A stretch of 64,000 nucleotides of DNA, from the NCBI GenBank assembly GCA_963768885.1, contig CAVYJN010000006.1, positions 373,258-437,257 of the forward strand, read 5' to 3'. This stretch comes from an uncultured Solirubrobacterales bacterium (lineage in GTDB: Bacteria; Actinomycetota; Thermoleophilia; Solirubrobacterales; JBBDJG01). A program made the translations under genes and the position numbers. This document shows, one piece after another, positions 9,390 to 18,318 of the stretch. Position 1 is the stretch's first letter; the number at the start of each line of letters is the position of its first letter. The notes beneath the pieces are model-generated. The model made no database searches. It was not told the origin of the DNA and was given only the letters and a program-made list of their open reading frames with translations.

Positions 9390-11497
9390 CCGCGGTCGGT
9401 CCGATCGGGCGCCTCGGGCGCTGGACGGCCACGCACTTCCGGGCGGTCGTCGCCGCCTGGGTCGTGATCGCGGTCGCGGCGGGCGTGTTCGCGCCCCGCG
9501 TCGAGCACGCCCTCTCGGGCGCCGGGTGGGAGGCGACCGGCTCGCAGTCGCTCGCCGCCCGCCAGCTCGCCGACAGCGGCTTCTCCGGCCTTTCGAGCAG
9601 CGCTCTGATGGTGGTGGTCCACGCGCCCGACGCGCGGTTCGGCGACCCGCGCTTCGACACCGTGGTGCGGCGCGTCGAGGGAACGCTGCGCGGAAGCGAT
9701 GCGGTCAGCGTCGTCGTGCCCCCGCGCCCCGGCGCCTCGGTGTCCGCGGACGGCCACACCGCGGTGGTGCAGGCCGGCGCGGCGCGGGACTCGAACGGCA
9801 TGGTGCGCGCCGCCGACGACCTGAAGAAAGATCTTGCGAGGGACGCCGGGGCCGACGGCGTCGAGGTGAACCTGACGGGCGCCTCCGGCATGTGGTCGGA
9901 CTTCAACGAGGCGAACAAGACGGCGATGCTGAAGTCGGAGGTGATCTCGTGGCCGGTGACGCTCGCGATCCTCGTGCTGGCGTTCGGCTCGCTGGTGGCC
10001 GCCGGCCTGCCGCTGATGCTCACGATCCTGGGGCTCGTCGCCGCCGCGGGCTCGCTCTACCTCGGCACCCAGCTGCTCGACATCTCGATCTGGGCGATGA
10101 ACTTCGCGCTGATGTTCGCGCTCGCGCTGGGCATCGACTACGCGCTGTTCGTCCTGATGAGGTTCCGCAACGCCTTCTTCGGGCAGGGCCTGTCCGCGGT
10201 GGAGGCGACGGCCGTCACGATGGACACGGCCGGCAAGGCCGTGCTGTTCTCGGGCCTGACCGTGCTGATCTCGCTCTCGGCGGTGATGCTGGTGCCGAGT
10301 CCCGCGTTCCGCTCGATGAGCCTCGGGATCATGCTGTCGGTGCTCTTCGTGCTGGCGGCGACGCTGACCCTGCTGCCGGCCGTGCTGGCGAGGCTGGGCC
10401 CGCGGGTCGACAAGCTCGCCCTCTCCTGGGTGCACTCCGGCGAGCATCGCTCGGCGCGCTTCGCGCGCTGGGGCGAGCGCCTGTGGCGCCGCCCGCTCGC
10501 CTGGGGGGCCGCCGCGCTCACGGCGCTGGTGGTCCTCGCGCTGCCGGTGTTCGGCCTGGACACGGGCATGCCGTCGATCAAGGTCGTGCCCACGGGTGAC
10601 CAGTCGCGCCAGGGCTACGACCAGGTCCAGGCCGCCTTCGGCGCGGGCGCGCCGGGTGCGCTGCAGGTCGTCGGGCCGCAGGGCGAGGCGCAACGTGCGG
10701 TCGCGACGCTCGAGCGCGACTCGGGCATCGCCCGCGTGGTGGCGCCGCAGCGTGGCCGCGACGGGCTGGCGCTGGTCCAGGCGATTCCCGCGCAGGACCC
10801 CTCGAGCAAGGAGGTGGGCCGCACCGTGGACCGCCTGCGTGACAGCCTTCCCGGCGAGTTCCTCGTGGGCGGCGCCGTGGCCGAGAACCACGACCTCGAG
10901 CAGGCGCTCGCGGACAAGACCGCGCTCGTGATCGGGATCGTGATGGCGCTCGGGTTCCTGCTGCTGCTGGTCGCTCTGCAGGCGCCCCTGATCGCCGCGG
11001 TCGGCGTGCTCACGAACCTGCTTGCGACCGGCGCGGCCTTCGGGGTTGCGAAGCTGGTCTTCCAGGACGGCAACCTCTCGGGGCTGCTCGGCTTCGAGTC
11101 GCAGGGCTTCCTGGACGCCTGGGGGCCGGTGTTCTTCTTCGCGATGATCTTCGCGATCTCGATGGACTACACGGTCTTCCTGCTGAGCTCCGCCCGGGAG
11201 CACTGGGACCGCTCGCACGACCCGAGGGAGGCGATGGTCGAGGGCCTTGCGCACTCGGGACGCGTGATCTTCGCCGCGGCGGCCGTGATGGTCGCGGTCT
11301 TCTTCACGTTCGCGCTGTCGGGGCCGCTGCCGCCGAAGGAGATGGGCGTGATCCTCGGCGTCGCCGTGCTGCTCGACGCCGCGCTCGTGCGGCTCATCCT
11401 GGTGCCCGTGGCGCTGCGCCTGCTGGGCGCGCACGCCTGGTGGCTGCCGCGGTGGATCGACCGCGTGCTGCCCGACGTGCGCTTCGGCCACGCCTAG
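9386..11497 (+). CDS. MMPL/RND-superfamily membrane transporter
   Basis: ATG 9386 overlaps the DUF2892 stop (ATGA). The 703-aa product has two 6-TM blocks separated by soluble loops (MNFALMFALALGIDYALFVLMRFR ... FFFAMIFAISMDYTVFLLSSAREH). Confidence 0.85.
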   Translation: MTAVGPIGRLGRWTATHFRAVVAAWVVIAVAAGVFAPRVEHALSGAGWEATGSQSLAARQLADSGFSGLSSSALMVVVHAPDARFGDPRFDTVVRRVEGTLRGSDAVSVVVPPRPGASVSADGHTAVVQAGAARDSNGMVRAADDLKKDLARDAGADGVEVNLTGASGMWSDFNEANKTAMLKSEVISWPVTLAILVLAFGSLVAAGLPLMLTILGLVAAAGSLYLGTQLLDISIWAMNFALMFALALGIDYALFVLMRFRNAFFGQGLSAVEATAVTMDTAGKAVLFSGLTVLISLSAVMLVPSPAFRSMSLGIMLSVLFVLAATLTLLPAVLARLGPRVDKLALSWVHSGEHRSARFARWGERLWRRPLAWGAAALTALVVLALPVFGLDTGMPSIKVVPTGDQSRQGYDQVQAAFGAGAPGALQVVGPQGEAQRAVATLERDSGIARVVAPQRGRDGLALVQAIPAQDPSSKEVGRTVDRLRDSLPGEFLVGGAVAENHDLEQALADKTALVIGIVMALGFLLLLVALQAPLIAAVGVLTNLLATGAAFGVAKLVFQDGNLSGLLGFESQGFLDAWGPVFFFAMIFAISMDYTVFLLSSAREHWDRSHDPREAMVEGLAHSGRVIFAAAAVMVAVFFTFALSGPLPPKEMGVILGVAVLLDAALVRLILVPVALRLLGAHAWWLPRWIDRVLPDVRFGHA

Positions 11498-11531
11498 CCG
11501 TAACAGCCACCCCGTTCTGAACAATGCGGGC

Positions 11532-12270
11532 ATGCCCGACCCGAGACCGGTGGGTGATGGCCTGCTCGGCGTCGCGGCCGAGCATGCGACCGTGCGCGTG
11601 CCGGTCGCCCGGCCGTCGCAGTCGGTGGGGGACGTGCGCTCCGCGCTCGTCGGCCAGGTCCTCGACTCGGCCGACGACGTCGCGGTGCTGGACGACCACG
11701 CGCTCGTGGGGGTCGTGCCGATCGAGCGCCTGCTGGCGGCGCGCGGGGATGCGCGCATCGCCGAGGTCATGGACCCCGACCCGCCGGTCGTCGAGCCGGG
11801 CGTCGACCAGGAGGTCGTGGCCTGGAGCATGGTCCGCCGCAGCGAGTCGAGCATCGCGGTCGTAGACGCGGACGGGCGCTTCGCCGGCCTGATCCCGCCC
11901 CACCGGATGCTCGCCGTGCTGCTCGCCGAGCACGACGAGGACCTCGCGCGCCTGGGCGGCTTCATGGCCGGCAGCGAGCGCGCGCGCAGCGCGGCCGAGG
12001 AGGATGTCAGGCAGCGCCTCTGGCACCGGCTGCCGTGGCTGCTGATCGGGCTGCTGGCGCGACGCGGTCGGCACCCAGACCGAGGCGGTCGTGATCCGCG
12101 GGCTGTCCGTGGGCGTGACGCTGCGCCCGATCGTCGCGATGGCGCTGCCCTGGGCCTTCCAGCGGGCGGGCAGCGACCCCGCGTTCGGGTCGGGCCCGCT
12201 CGCGACCGTGATCCAGGACCTGCTGTCGATCGCGGTCTACCTTGCGATCGCGACCCTGATCGCGACCTAG
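11532..12270 (+). pseudogene. mgtE: MgtE-type magnesium transporter remnant: CBS pair retained, TM domain frameshifted and internally deleted
   Basis: The CBS region and the plug-helix motif (EEDVRQRLWHRLPWLLIGLL) read in the frame of ORF 11532. After ~12057 sense is lost. MgtE TM pieces reappear in another frame from 12070 (GTQTEAVVIRGLSVGVTLRP / IVAMALPWAFQRAGSDPAFGSGPLATVIQDLLSIAVYLAIATLIAT, stop 12268-12270). Only ~67 aa of TM domain remain, against the ~180 aa expected. Confidence 0.75.
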
Positions 12271-12291
12271 AATGCGGTCGAGGTCCTGACG

Positions 12292-12894
12292 ATGGAGAAC
12301 GGTCACCGCAGCGTCACGATTCCGACCGACGCGCCGGTCTGGAAGCACTTCTTCACGGTCGCGCCGCTCGTGATCGTGGGGAGCCGCGAGCCCGACGGCG
12401 GCCACGACCTCGCCCCCAAGCACATGGCGATGCCGCTCGGGTGGCAGAACTACTACTGCTTCGTGTGCAGCCCGCGCCACGCGACCCAGCGCAACATCCA
12501 GGCGCGCCCGGAGTTCACCGTCAGCTTCCCGCGCGCGAGCCAGATCGTGGAGACCAGCATGGCGGCGGCCCCGCGCGCGGACGACAGCTCGAAGCCGAGC
12601 CTCGCTGCGGTCGAGACGTTCCCCGCCTCGACGGTCGACGGCGTGCTCGTGAAGGACGCCTACCTGTGGCTCGAGTGCCGGCTCGAGCGCATCGTGGACG
12701 GGTTCGGCGAGAACAGCCTGATCGTGGGCGAGGTCGTGGCCGCCCGGGTCGACGAGCGCGCGCTGCGGGCATCGGACAGCGACGACGGCGACGTGATCCA
12801 CGGATCGCCGCTGCTCGCCTACCTCAGCCCGGGGCGGTTCGCCGCGGTCGGCGACAGCTACTCGTTCCCGTTCCCGGTCGACATCCGGATCTAG
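12292..12894 (+). CDS. flavin reductase-like / FMN-binding split-barrel domain protein
   Basis: This 200-aa ORF has FFTVAPLVIVGSREPDGGHDLAPKHMAMPLG...LWLECRLERIVDGFGENSLIVGEVV, a pattern typical of the flavin reductase domain. Confidence 0.65.
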   Translation: MENGHRSVTIPTDAPVWKHFFTVAPLVIVGSREPDGGHDLAPKHMAMPLGWQNYYCFVCSPRHATQRNIQARPEFTVSFPRASQIVETSMAAAPRADDSSKPSLAAVETFPASTVDGVLVKDAYLWLECRLERIVDGFGENSLIVGEVVAARVDERALRASDSDDGDVIHGSPLLAYLSPGRFAAVGDSYSFPFPVDIRI

Positions 12895-12907
12895 TGGCCG
12901 GGCTCTA

Positions 12908-14068
12908 GTGGCTCGATCGAGCGCGACGGCGATCCTCGCGGGCCTGCGCGAGCGCGAGCAGGCGATGGCCGACCTGCTCGCGCGACTCGCGCTCGCGGAG
13001 TCGCCGTCGCTCGAGCCCGCGGCCCAGCGGCAGGCGGCGGAGATCCTCTCGGAGGAGCTCGCCGGCCTCGGCTTCGGCGTCGAGCGGCTGGCCGGCGGGA
13101 GCTCGGGCGACCACCTGCTGGCCGAGCGCGGCGGCGCGGACGCAGGCCCGCGCCAGCTCCTGCTCGGCCACCTCGACACGGTCTGGCCCGTCGGGACCGT
13201 GGACCGGATGCCGGTCAGGGTCGAGGGCGGGCGCATCAGCGGGCCCGGGGTCTACGACATGAAAGGGGGCCTGGTGCAGATGCTGTTCGCGCTGCGCGTG
13301 CTGCGCGACCTCGGGCTCGAGCCCGAGGCGCGGCCGGTCGTGTTCGTGAACAGCGACGAGGAGATCGGCAGCCCCAGCTCCGCCGAGCAGATCGGGCGGC
13401 TCGCGCGCTCCGCGGTGCGCGCGTTCGTGCTCGAGCCCTCGTTCGGGCCCTTCGGGAAGCTCAAGACCGCGCGCAAGGGCGTCGGGCGCTTCACCCTGCA
13501 CATCCAGGGGCGCGCGAGCCACGCGGGCCTCGACCCCGAGCAGGGCGTGAGTGCGGTGCTCGAGGCCTCGCACCAGATCCAGCGCCTCTTCGAGTTGAAC
13601 GACCGCGAGCGCGGCGTCACCGTCAACGTCGGCACGATCGACGGCGGCCTGCGCCCGAACGTCGTGGCCCCCGAGGTGACGGCGGAGGTCGACGCGCGGG
13701 TGCTCCACGACGAGGACGCGAGCAGGCTGGAGGCGGCGATCCTGGCGCTCGAGCCCGTGCAGGAGGGGATCACGATCGAGATCGAGGGCGGCTTCGGGCG
13801 ACCGCCGCTCGAGCGGACCCCGCGCAACCGCGAGCTGTGGGAGGCGGCGCGGGAGGCCGCCGGCGCGCTCGGGATCCCCCTCGACGAGGCGACGGTCGGG
13901 GGCGCCTCCGACGGCAACCTCACGAGCCGGCACACGGCGACGCTCGACGGTCTCGGGCCCGTCGGCGAGGGCGCGCACGCCCCCGACGAGTACGTTTCGC
14001 TGTCGCAGATGCCGGAGCGCGCCGCTCTGCTCGCGCTGCTCGTCATGATGCCCGCCGGCGGGCGCTGA
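12908..14068 (+). CDS. M20 family metallopeptidase (carboxypeptidase G2-like)
   Basis: LLLGHLDTVWPVGT, VFVNSDEEIGSPSS, a GRASHAGLDPEQG dimerisation-domain region, and C-terminal GGASDGN...GPVGEGAHAPDEYV. Confidence 0.85.
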   Translation: MARSSATAILAGLREREQAMADLLARLALAESPSLEPAAQRQAAEILSEELAGLGFGVERLAGGSSGDHLLAERGGADAGPRQLLLGHLDTVWPVGTVDRMPVRVEGGRISGPGVYDMKGGLVQMLFALRVLRDLGLEPEARPVVFVNSDEEIGSPSSAEQIGRLARSAVRAFVLEPSFGPFGKLKTARKGVGRFTLHIQGRASHAGLDPEQGVSAVLEASHQIQRLFELNDRERGVTVNVGTIDGGLRPNVVAPEVTAEVDARVLHDEDASRLEAAILALEPVQEGITIEIEGGFGRPPLERTPRNRELWEAAREAAGALGIPLDEATVGGASDGNLTSRHTATLDGLGPVGEGAHAPDEYVSLSQMPERAALLALLVMMPAGGR

Positions 14069-14093
14069 TCCCGTCCCGCTCCCACCCGACCCG

Positions 14094-15128
14094 TTGCCCG
14101 ACCACTACCTCACGAGCATCACCCGGATCGCGGGCCTCGCCGAGCGCCCGGCGGACGAGCTGGTCGTGCCGCGCGGCAGCTGGCGGACCGGCGACCTCGT
14201 GTTCACCGACGTGCTCGAGAGCAGCCCGGTCCCGTTCGCGATCGAGACGCCCAGCGGCCGCGCGGTGGAGGTGCTGCCGGGCGACGTGGTGGTCGGCGCG
14301 CTGGGCCGGCGGGCGGCGACGCTCGAGGCGGTCGGCGACTGGCGCGCCGTGGAGGAGGACGGGGTGATGCAGACGCTGACCTCGGCGGGCCTGTTCGGGA
14401 GGTGCACCTCCGCGTCGCTGCCGCCGCCGCAGATGGCCGACGTGCGCTACCGGGCGCACGCCGCGCGCGAGGGGGCGACGCTGAACATGGCCGACTTCGC
14501 CCCGCGCGGACCGCACCGGTCGCTGGAGGCACCCGTCGTGCTGATCGTGGGGACGTCGATGGACTCGGGCAAGACGGTCGCGGCGAAGGCGATCGTCCGC
14601 GTCCTGAAGCGGATGGGCCTGCGGGTCGTGGCGGCCAAGCTGACCGGCGTCGCGCGCCTGCGCGACGTGCTGGCGGCGTCCGACGCCGGCGCCGACGAGG
14701 TGTTCGACTTCGTCGACGTCGGCCTGCCGTCGACTGTGGTCGCGCCCGAGCGCTACGAGGATGCGCTGGGGGGCCTGCTGGGGCTGATCGCCGGCGCGCG
14801 GCCCGACGTGGTCGTGGCCGAGGCGGGCGCCTCACCGCTCGAGCCCTACAACGGTGAGGTCGCGATGCGCATGCTGCGCGATCGCGTCGCCTGCACCGTG
14901 CTCTGCGCGTCGGACCCGTACGCGATCGTCGGCGTGATGGACGCCTTCGGGATCGAGCCGACCCTGCTCTCCGGCCGCGCGACCAGCACCGAGGCCGCGA
15001 TCGACCTGATCCGCAAGCTCGTCGGGATCGAGGCCCTCAACCTGCTCGACCACCGCTCCCATCCGCGTCTCGCGCAGATCCTCGGCGAGCGGCTGGGCCT
15101 CGCCGCGACCCCCGGCGTCGGCCGTTGA
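14094..15128 (+). CDS. hypothetical P-loop-containing protein (possibly DUF1611-like)
   Basis: TTG start, 344 aa. It has a Walker-A-like IVGTSMDSGKTVAAKAIVRVLKRMGLRVVAAKLTG. The family assignment is from memory only. Confidence 0.45.
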   Translation: MPDHYLTSITRIAGLAERPADELVVPRGSWRTGDLVFTDVLESSPVPFAIETPSGRAVEVLPGDVVVGALGRRAATLEAVGDWRAVEEDGVMQTLTSAGLFGRCTSASLPPPQMADVRYRAHAAREGATLNMADFAPRGPHRSLEAPVVLIVGTSMDSGKTVAAKAIVRVLKRMGLRVVAAKLTGVARLRDVLAASDAGADEVFDFVDVGLPSTVVAPERYEDALGGLLGLIAGARPDVVVAEAGASPLEPYNGEVAMRMLRDRVACTVLCASDPYAIVGVMDAFGIEPTLLSGRATSTEAAIDLIRKLVGIEALNLLDHRSHPRLAQILGERLGLAATPGVGR

Positions 15129-15505
15129 GGGCGCTGGCCGCGTGCGCGTGCGCCGCGGTCCTGGCCGCGGGACCCGTCGCGTGCGGCGACGACTCCACCG
15201 ACGACGGGCGCCCGCACGGGCCCGGCGCCGCCGCCGCGATCGCCGCCGCCGAGGCCGACGCGGCGGAGCGCGGGATCGAGCTGAAGGCCGGGACGCAGTT
15301 CCTGCGGAGCACGCGCGACCCGCGGTGGGCGCTGGTGAGCGGCGCCCGCGCGGGGCGCGGCATCTGGGCCGTCTGGCTGCGCGTCGAGGGCGACCGCTGG
15401 CGCCCCGCGCACGCGCTCTACGACGGGAAGGGCGACAGCACCCCCGCGGAGGTGCCGTGCGACATCAAGCCGCCCTTCTCCGAGCCGGAGTGCCCGCCGC
15501 AGTAG
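15125..15505 (+). CDS. putative lipoprotein
   Basis: Signal peptide with lipobox (MRALAACACAAVLAAGPVAC-GDD). The start overlaps the stop of the preceding gene by 4 nt. Confidence 0.6.
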   Translation: MRALAACACAAVLAAGPVACGDDSTDDGRPHGPGAAAAIAAAEADAAERGIELKAGTQFLRSTRDPRWALVSGARAGRGIWAVWLRVEGDRWRPAHALYDGKGDSTPAEVPCDIKPPFSEPECPPQ

Positions 15506-15589
15506 CGCCGCGCGGCTGTCAGCCTGCGCTGGGAAATCGGGCGGAGCCGGCCGAACTTTCGCGCTCGAAGTGATGGCGAGCGTGTTCGC

Positions 15590-18193
15590 TCAGGCCGGAC
15601 GCCCCTCGTAGCCCGCGCGCAACAGGTCCAACAGCTCGCTCACCATCGGGATGCGCGGATTCGTGCGCACGCTCGGGTCCATGAAGGCCGCGCGCGCGAG
15701 GTCCGGAAGCGCGGCCTCGAACTCCTCGCGCGGCACGCCCGCCTCGGCCAGCGAGCGCGGGATCCCGACCTCGTCGAGCAGCTCGTCGACGCGCTCGAAC
15801 AGCCGCGCGCGCCGCTCGTCGCGGCTGTGGGCGCCGAGCCCGAACACGTACGCGATCTGCGCGTACTTCTCGGGGGCGACGTACGCGGTGTAGCTCGGCG
15901 CGGGCATGAACTTGCTCGGCAGCGACGCGTTGTAGCGCAGCACGTGCGGCAGGAAGATCCCGTTGGCGCGACCGTGCGCGATGCCGAAGCGGGCACCGGT
16001 CGCGTGTGCGAGCGCGTGGCAGACGCCCACGAAGGCGTTCGAGAACGCGAGGCCGGCGATCGTCGCGGCGTTGGCCATCGCGGTGCGCGCCTCGAGGTCC
16101 GAGCCCTCGGCGTGCGCGCGCGGGAGGTTGCGCAGGATCAGGTTCACCGCCTGCATCGCGAAGGCGTCCGTGTAGGGCGACGCGAAGATCGACACGGCGG
16201 CCTCGAGCGCGTGCGTGAGCGCGTCGACGCCGGTGTCCGCCGTCACCTGCGCGGGCATCGTGAGCGTGAGGCGCGGCTCCACGATCGCCGTGTCGGGCAC
16301 GAGCGAGTAGTCGACCAGCGTGACCTTGCGGTCGCCGACCGTGATCACGGCCGCAGGCGAGACCTCGGACCCCGTGCCCGCGGTCGTCGGCACCGCGACG
16401 AGCCGCACGCGGTGGTCGATCTGCGGATAGCCCGCGACGCGCTTGCGCGCGTCGAGGAATGGGAGGGCGAGCTCGCGCATCTCGAGCTCGGGGCTCTCGT
16501 AGAACAGCCGCATCGCCTTCGCGGCGTCGAGCACCGACCCTCCGCCGAGGGCAAGGATCGTGTCGGGCTCGAAGCGCTCGAGCGCTTCGACTCCGGCGCG
16601 CACCTGCTCCTCCGGCGGCTCGGGTCCGATGTCGGCGAACACGTGCACGCTCGCGCCGCCGAGGAAGCGCCGCACGTCGTCGACGGCCCCGCGCGCCTCG
16701 CAGTCGGCATCGGTGACGACCATCACCTGGCGCGCGTCGAGCTGTCGCAGGTTCTCGAGCGCGCCCGTGTTGAAGTAGGTGTCCGACGGCACGCGGAACC
16801 ACTGGGGCGGCGCCTGCCGGTGGGAGACCGCCTTGATGTTGAGCAGGTTGCGGTAGTTGATGTTGTCGGTCGTGTGCGAGCCGCCCCAAGTCCCGCATCC
16901 GAGCGAGAACGTCGGGGTCATCGAGTTGTAGACGCCGCCGAGCGCGCCCACGGCGGTCGGCGCGTTGACCAGGATCCGGCCGGTCCGGATGACGGCGGCG
17001 AACCGGTCGACGACGTCGCGGTCGCGCGCGTAGACCGCCGACGTGTGGCCCAGCCCGCCCGTCTCGGTGACCAGCTCGCAGGCCGCGATCCCGTGCTCGA
17101 CCGACGGCGAGCGCACGATCCCCAGGACCGGCATGAGCTTCTCCTGGAGGAAGGGGTGCGCGGCCAGCTCGGTGACGTCGGAGGGCAGCGGCGCCACCAG
17201 CACCTTGGCGTCGGCGCGGATCTCGATTCCGGCCATCGCGGCGAGGTTCGGGCACGACTGGCCGAGGGCGGCCAGCTCGATGTCGCCGTCCTCGCCGACC
17301 AGCGCGCCCTCCAGGCGATGCACCTGCTCGTCGCTCAGGACCTGGGCGCCCATGCGCTCCAGCTCGGCCGTGAGCTCGTCGTAGACGGGCTCGTCGACGA
17401 CGCAGGTCTGCTCCGCGGGGCAGATCACGGACGCGTCGAAGGTCTTCGAGATCAGGATGTCGACCACCGCCATGCGCACGTCCGCGCTGCGGTGCACGTA
17501 CACGGGGGCGTTGCCGGAGCCGACGCCGAGGCACGGCTTGCCCGCCTCGTTCGTCGCCGCGACGGCCTTCGGCCCGCCCGTGGTCCAGATGAAGTCCACC
17601 CCGGGGTGGTGGAAGAGGTACTGGGAGACGTCGAGCGTCGGATCGGGGATCACCTGCAGCGCGTGCGCCGGCAGGCCCGCGTCCTGCCCGGCGGCCTGGA
17701 GGATCTCGACCGCCCGCGTCGCGCAGCGCGCCGCGCGCGCGGAGGGCCGGAAGATCATGGCGTTGCGCGTCTTGGCAGCGACGATCCCCTTGAACAGCGC
17801 CGTCGAGGTGGGGTTGGTGATCGGGAGCAGGGCGAGCACGACGCCGATCGGCTCGGCCACGTACTCGATGTGCCGCTCGAGGTCCTCCTCGATCACGCCC
17901 ACCGACGGCTTGTCCTTCAGGTAGTCCCACAGGAACTCGGTGGCGATGTAGTTCTTGATCACCTTGTCCTCGAACACGCCGAAGCCGGTCTCCTCCATCG
18001 CCAGCTCGGCCAGCTCGACCGCCGCCTCGAGGCCTGCGACCACCATCGCCCACACGATGCGGTCGACGGACTCCTGGTCGAGCCGGCGCAGCTGCTGCGC
18101 CGCCGCCTGCGCCCGCTCGACGAAGTCGTCGAGGCGCGCGGCCTGGCCGGCGTCCACCCGGCCGTCCGCTTGCGTGGCTGTCGTGGAGGTCAT
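15590..18193 (-). CDS. adhE: bifunctional acetaldehyde-CoA / alcohol dehydrogenase
   Basis: An N-terminal aldehyde dehydrogenase domain is joined to a C-terminal iron-type ADH (GGGSVLDAAKAM...TGSEVSPAAVI...HALAHATGARFGIAHGRANG). The start is taken at ATG 18193 (MTSTTATQ), which has GGAGG upstream, not at the ORF-track start 18280. Confidence 0.9.
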   Translation of the reverse strand: MTSTTATQADGRVDAGQAARLDDFVERAQAAAQQLRRLDQESVDRIVWAMVVAGLEAAVELAELAMEETGFGVFEDKVIKNYIATEFLWDYLKDKPSVGVIEEDLERHIEYVAEPIGVVLALLPITNPTSTALFKGIVAAKTRNAMIFRPSARAARCATRAVEILQAAGQDAGLPAHALQVIPDPTLDVSQYLFHHPGVDFIWTTGGPKAVAATNEAGKPCLGVGSGNAPVYVHRSADVRMAVVDILISKTFDASVICPAEQTCVVDEPVYDELTAELERMGAQVLSDEQVHRLEGALVGEDGDIELAALGQSCPNLAAMAGIEIRADAKVLVAPLPSDVTELAAHPFLQEKLMPVLGIVRSPSVEHGIAACELVTETGGLGHTSAVYARDRDVVDRFAAVIRTGRILVNAPTAVGALGGVYNSMTPTFSLGCGTWGGSHTTDNINYRNLLNIKAVSHRQAPPQWFRVPSDTYFNTGALENLRQLDARQVMVVTDADCEARGAVDDVRRFLGGASVHVFADIGPEPPEEQVRAGVEALERFEPDTILALGGGSVLDAAKAMRLFYESPELEMRELALPFLDARKRVAGYPQIDHRVRLVAVPTTAGTGSEVSPAAVITVGDRKVTLVDYSLVPDTAIVEPRLTLTMPAQVTADTGVDALTHALEAAVSIFASPYTDAFAMQAVNLILRNLPRAHAEGSDLEARTAMANAATIAGLAFSNAFVGVCHALAHATGARFGIAHGRANGIFLPHVLRYNASLPSKFMPAPSYTAYVAPEKYAQIAYVFGLGAHSRDERRARLFERVDELLDEVGIPRSLAEAGVPREEFEAALPDLARAAFMDPSVRTNPRIPMVSELLDLLRAGYEGRPA

Positions 18194-18318
18194 CGTCCCG
18201 CCCTCCGGAGGAAGGTACGGGCCGGGGGGCGCGCCTGCCTCCGTGGAGACTGCGGATCGGGTGCGGTGGTGAATACGCATGCGGCACGGAGTGCCGCTGT
18301 CTAGCTTGGGAAACGAGG

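Noticed and set aside
9359-11965. An 868-aa minus ORF opposite the MMPL gene
   Set aside because: It is an antisense shadow ORF with extreme Arg/Glu/His composition and no recognisable domain.
15506-15589. A possible bidirectional terminator between the convergent lipoprotein and adhE genes
   Set aside because: Only a 5-bp imperfect stem (GGCTG/CAGCC) with a 1-nt loop is present, which is not convincing.
18194-18318. A search for a canonical mycobacterial DosR box (GGGACT..AGTCCC) in this and other intergenic regions
   Set aside because: I found only isolated GGGAC or GTCCC half-sites (for example near 7326, 33566 and 40030). No palindromic pair was present, so I make no claim of a canonical DosR box.
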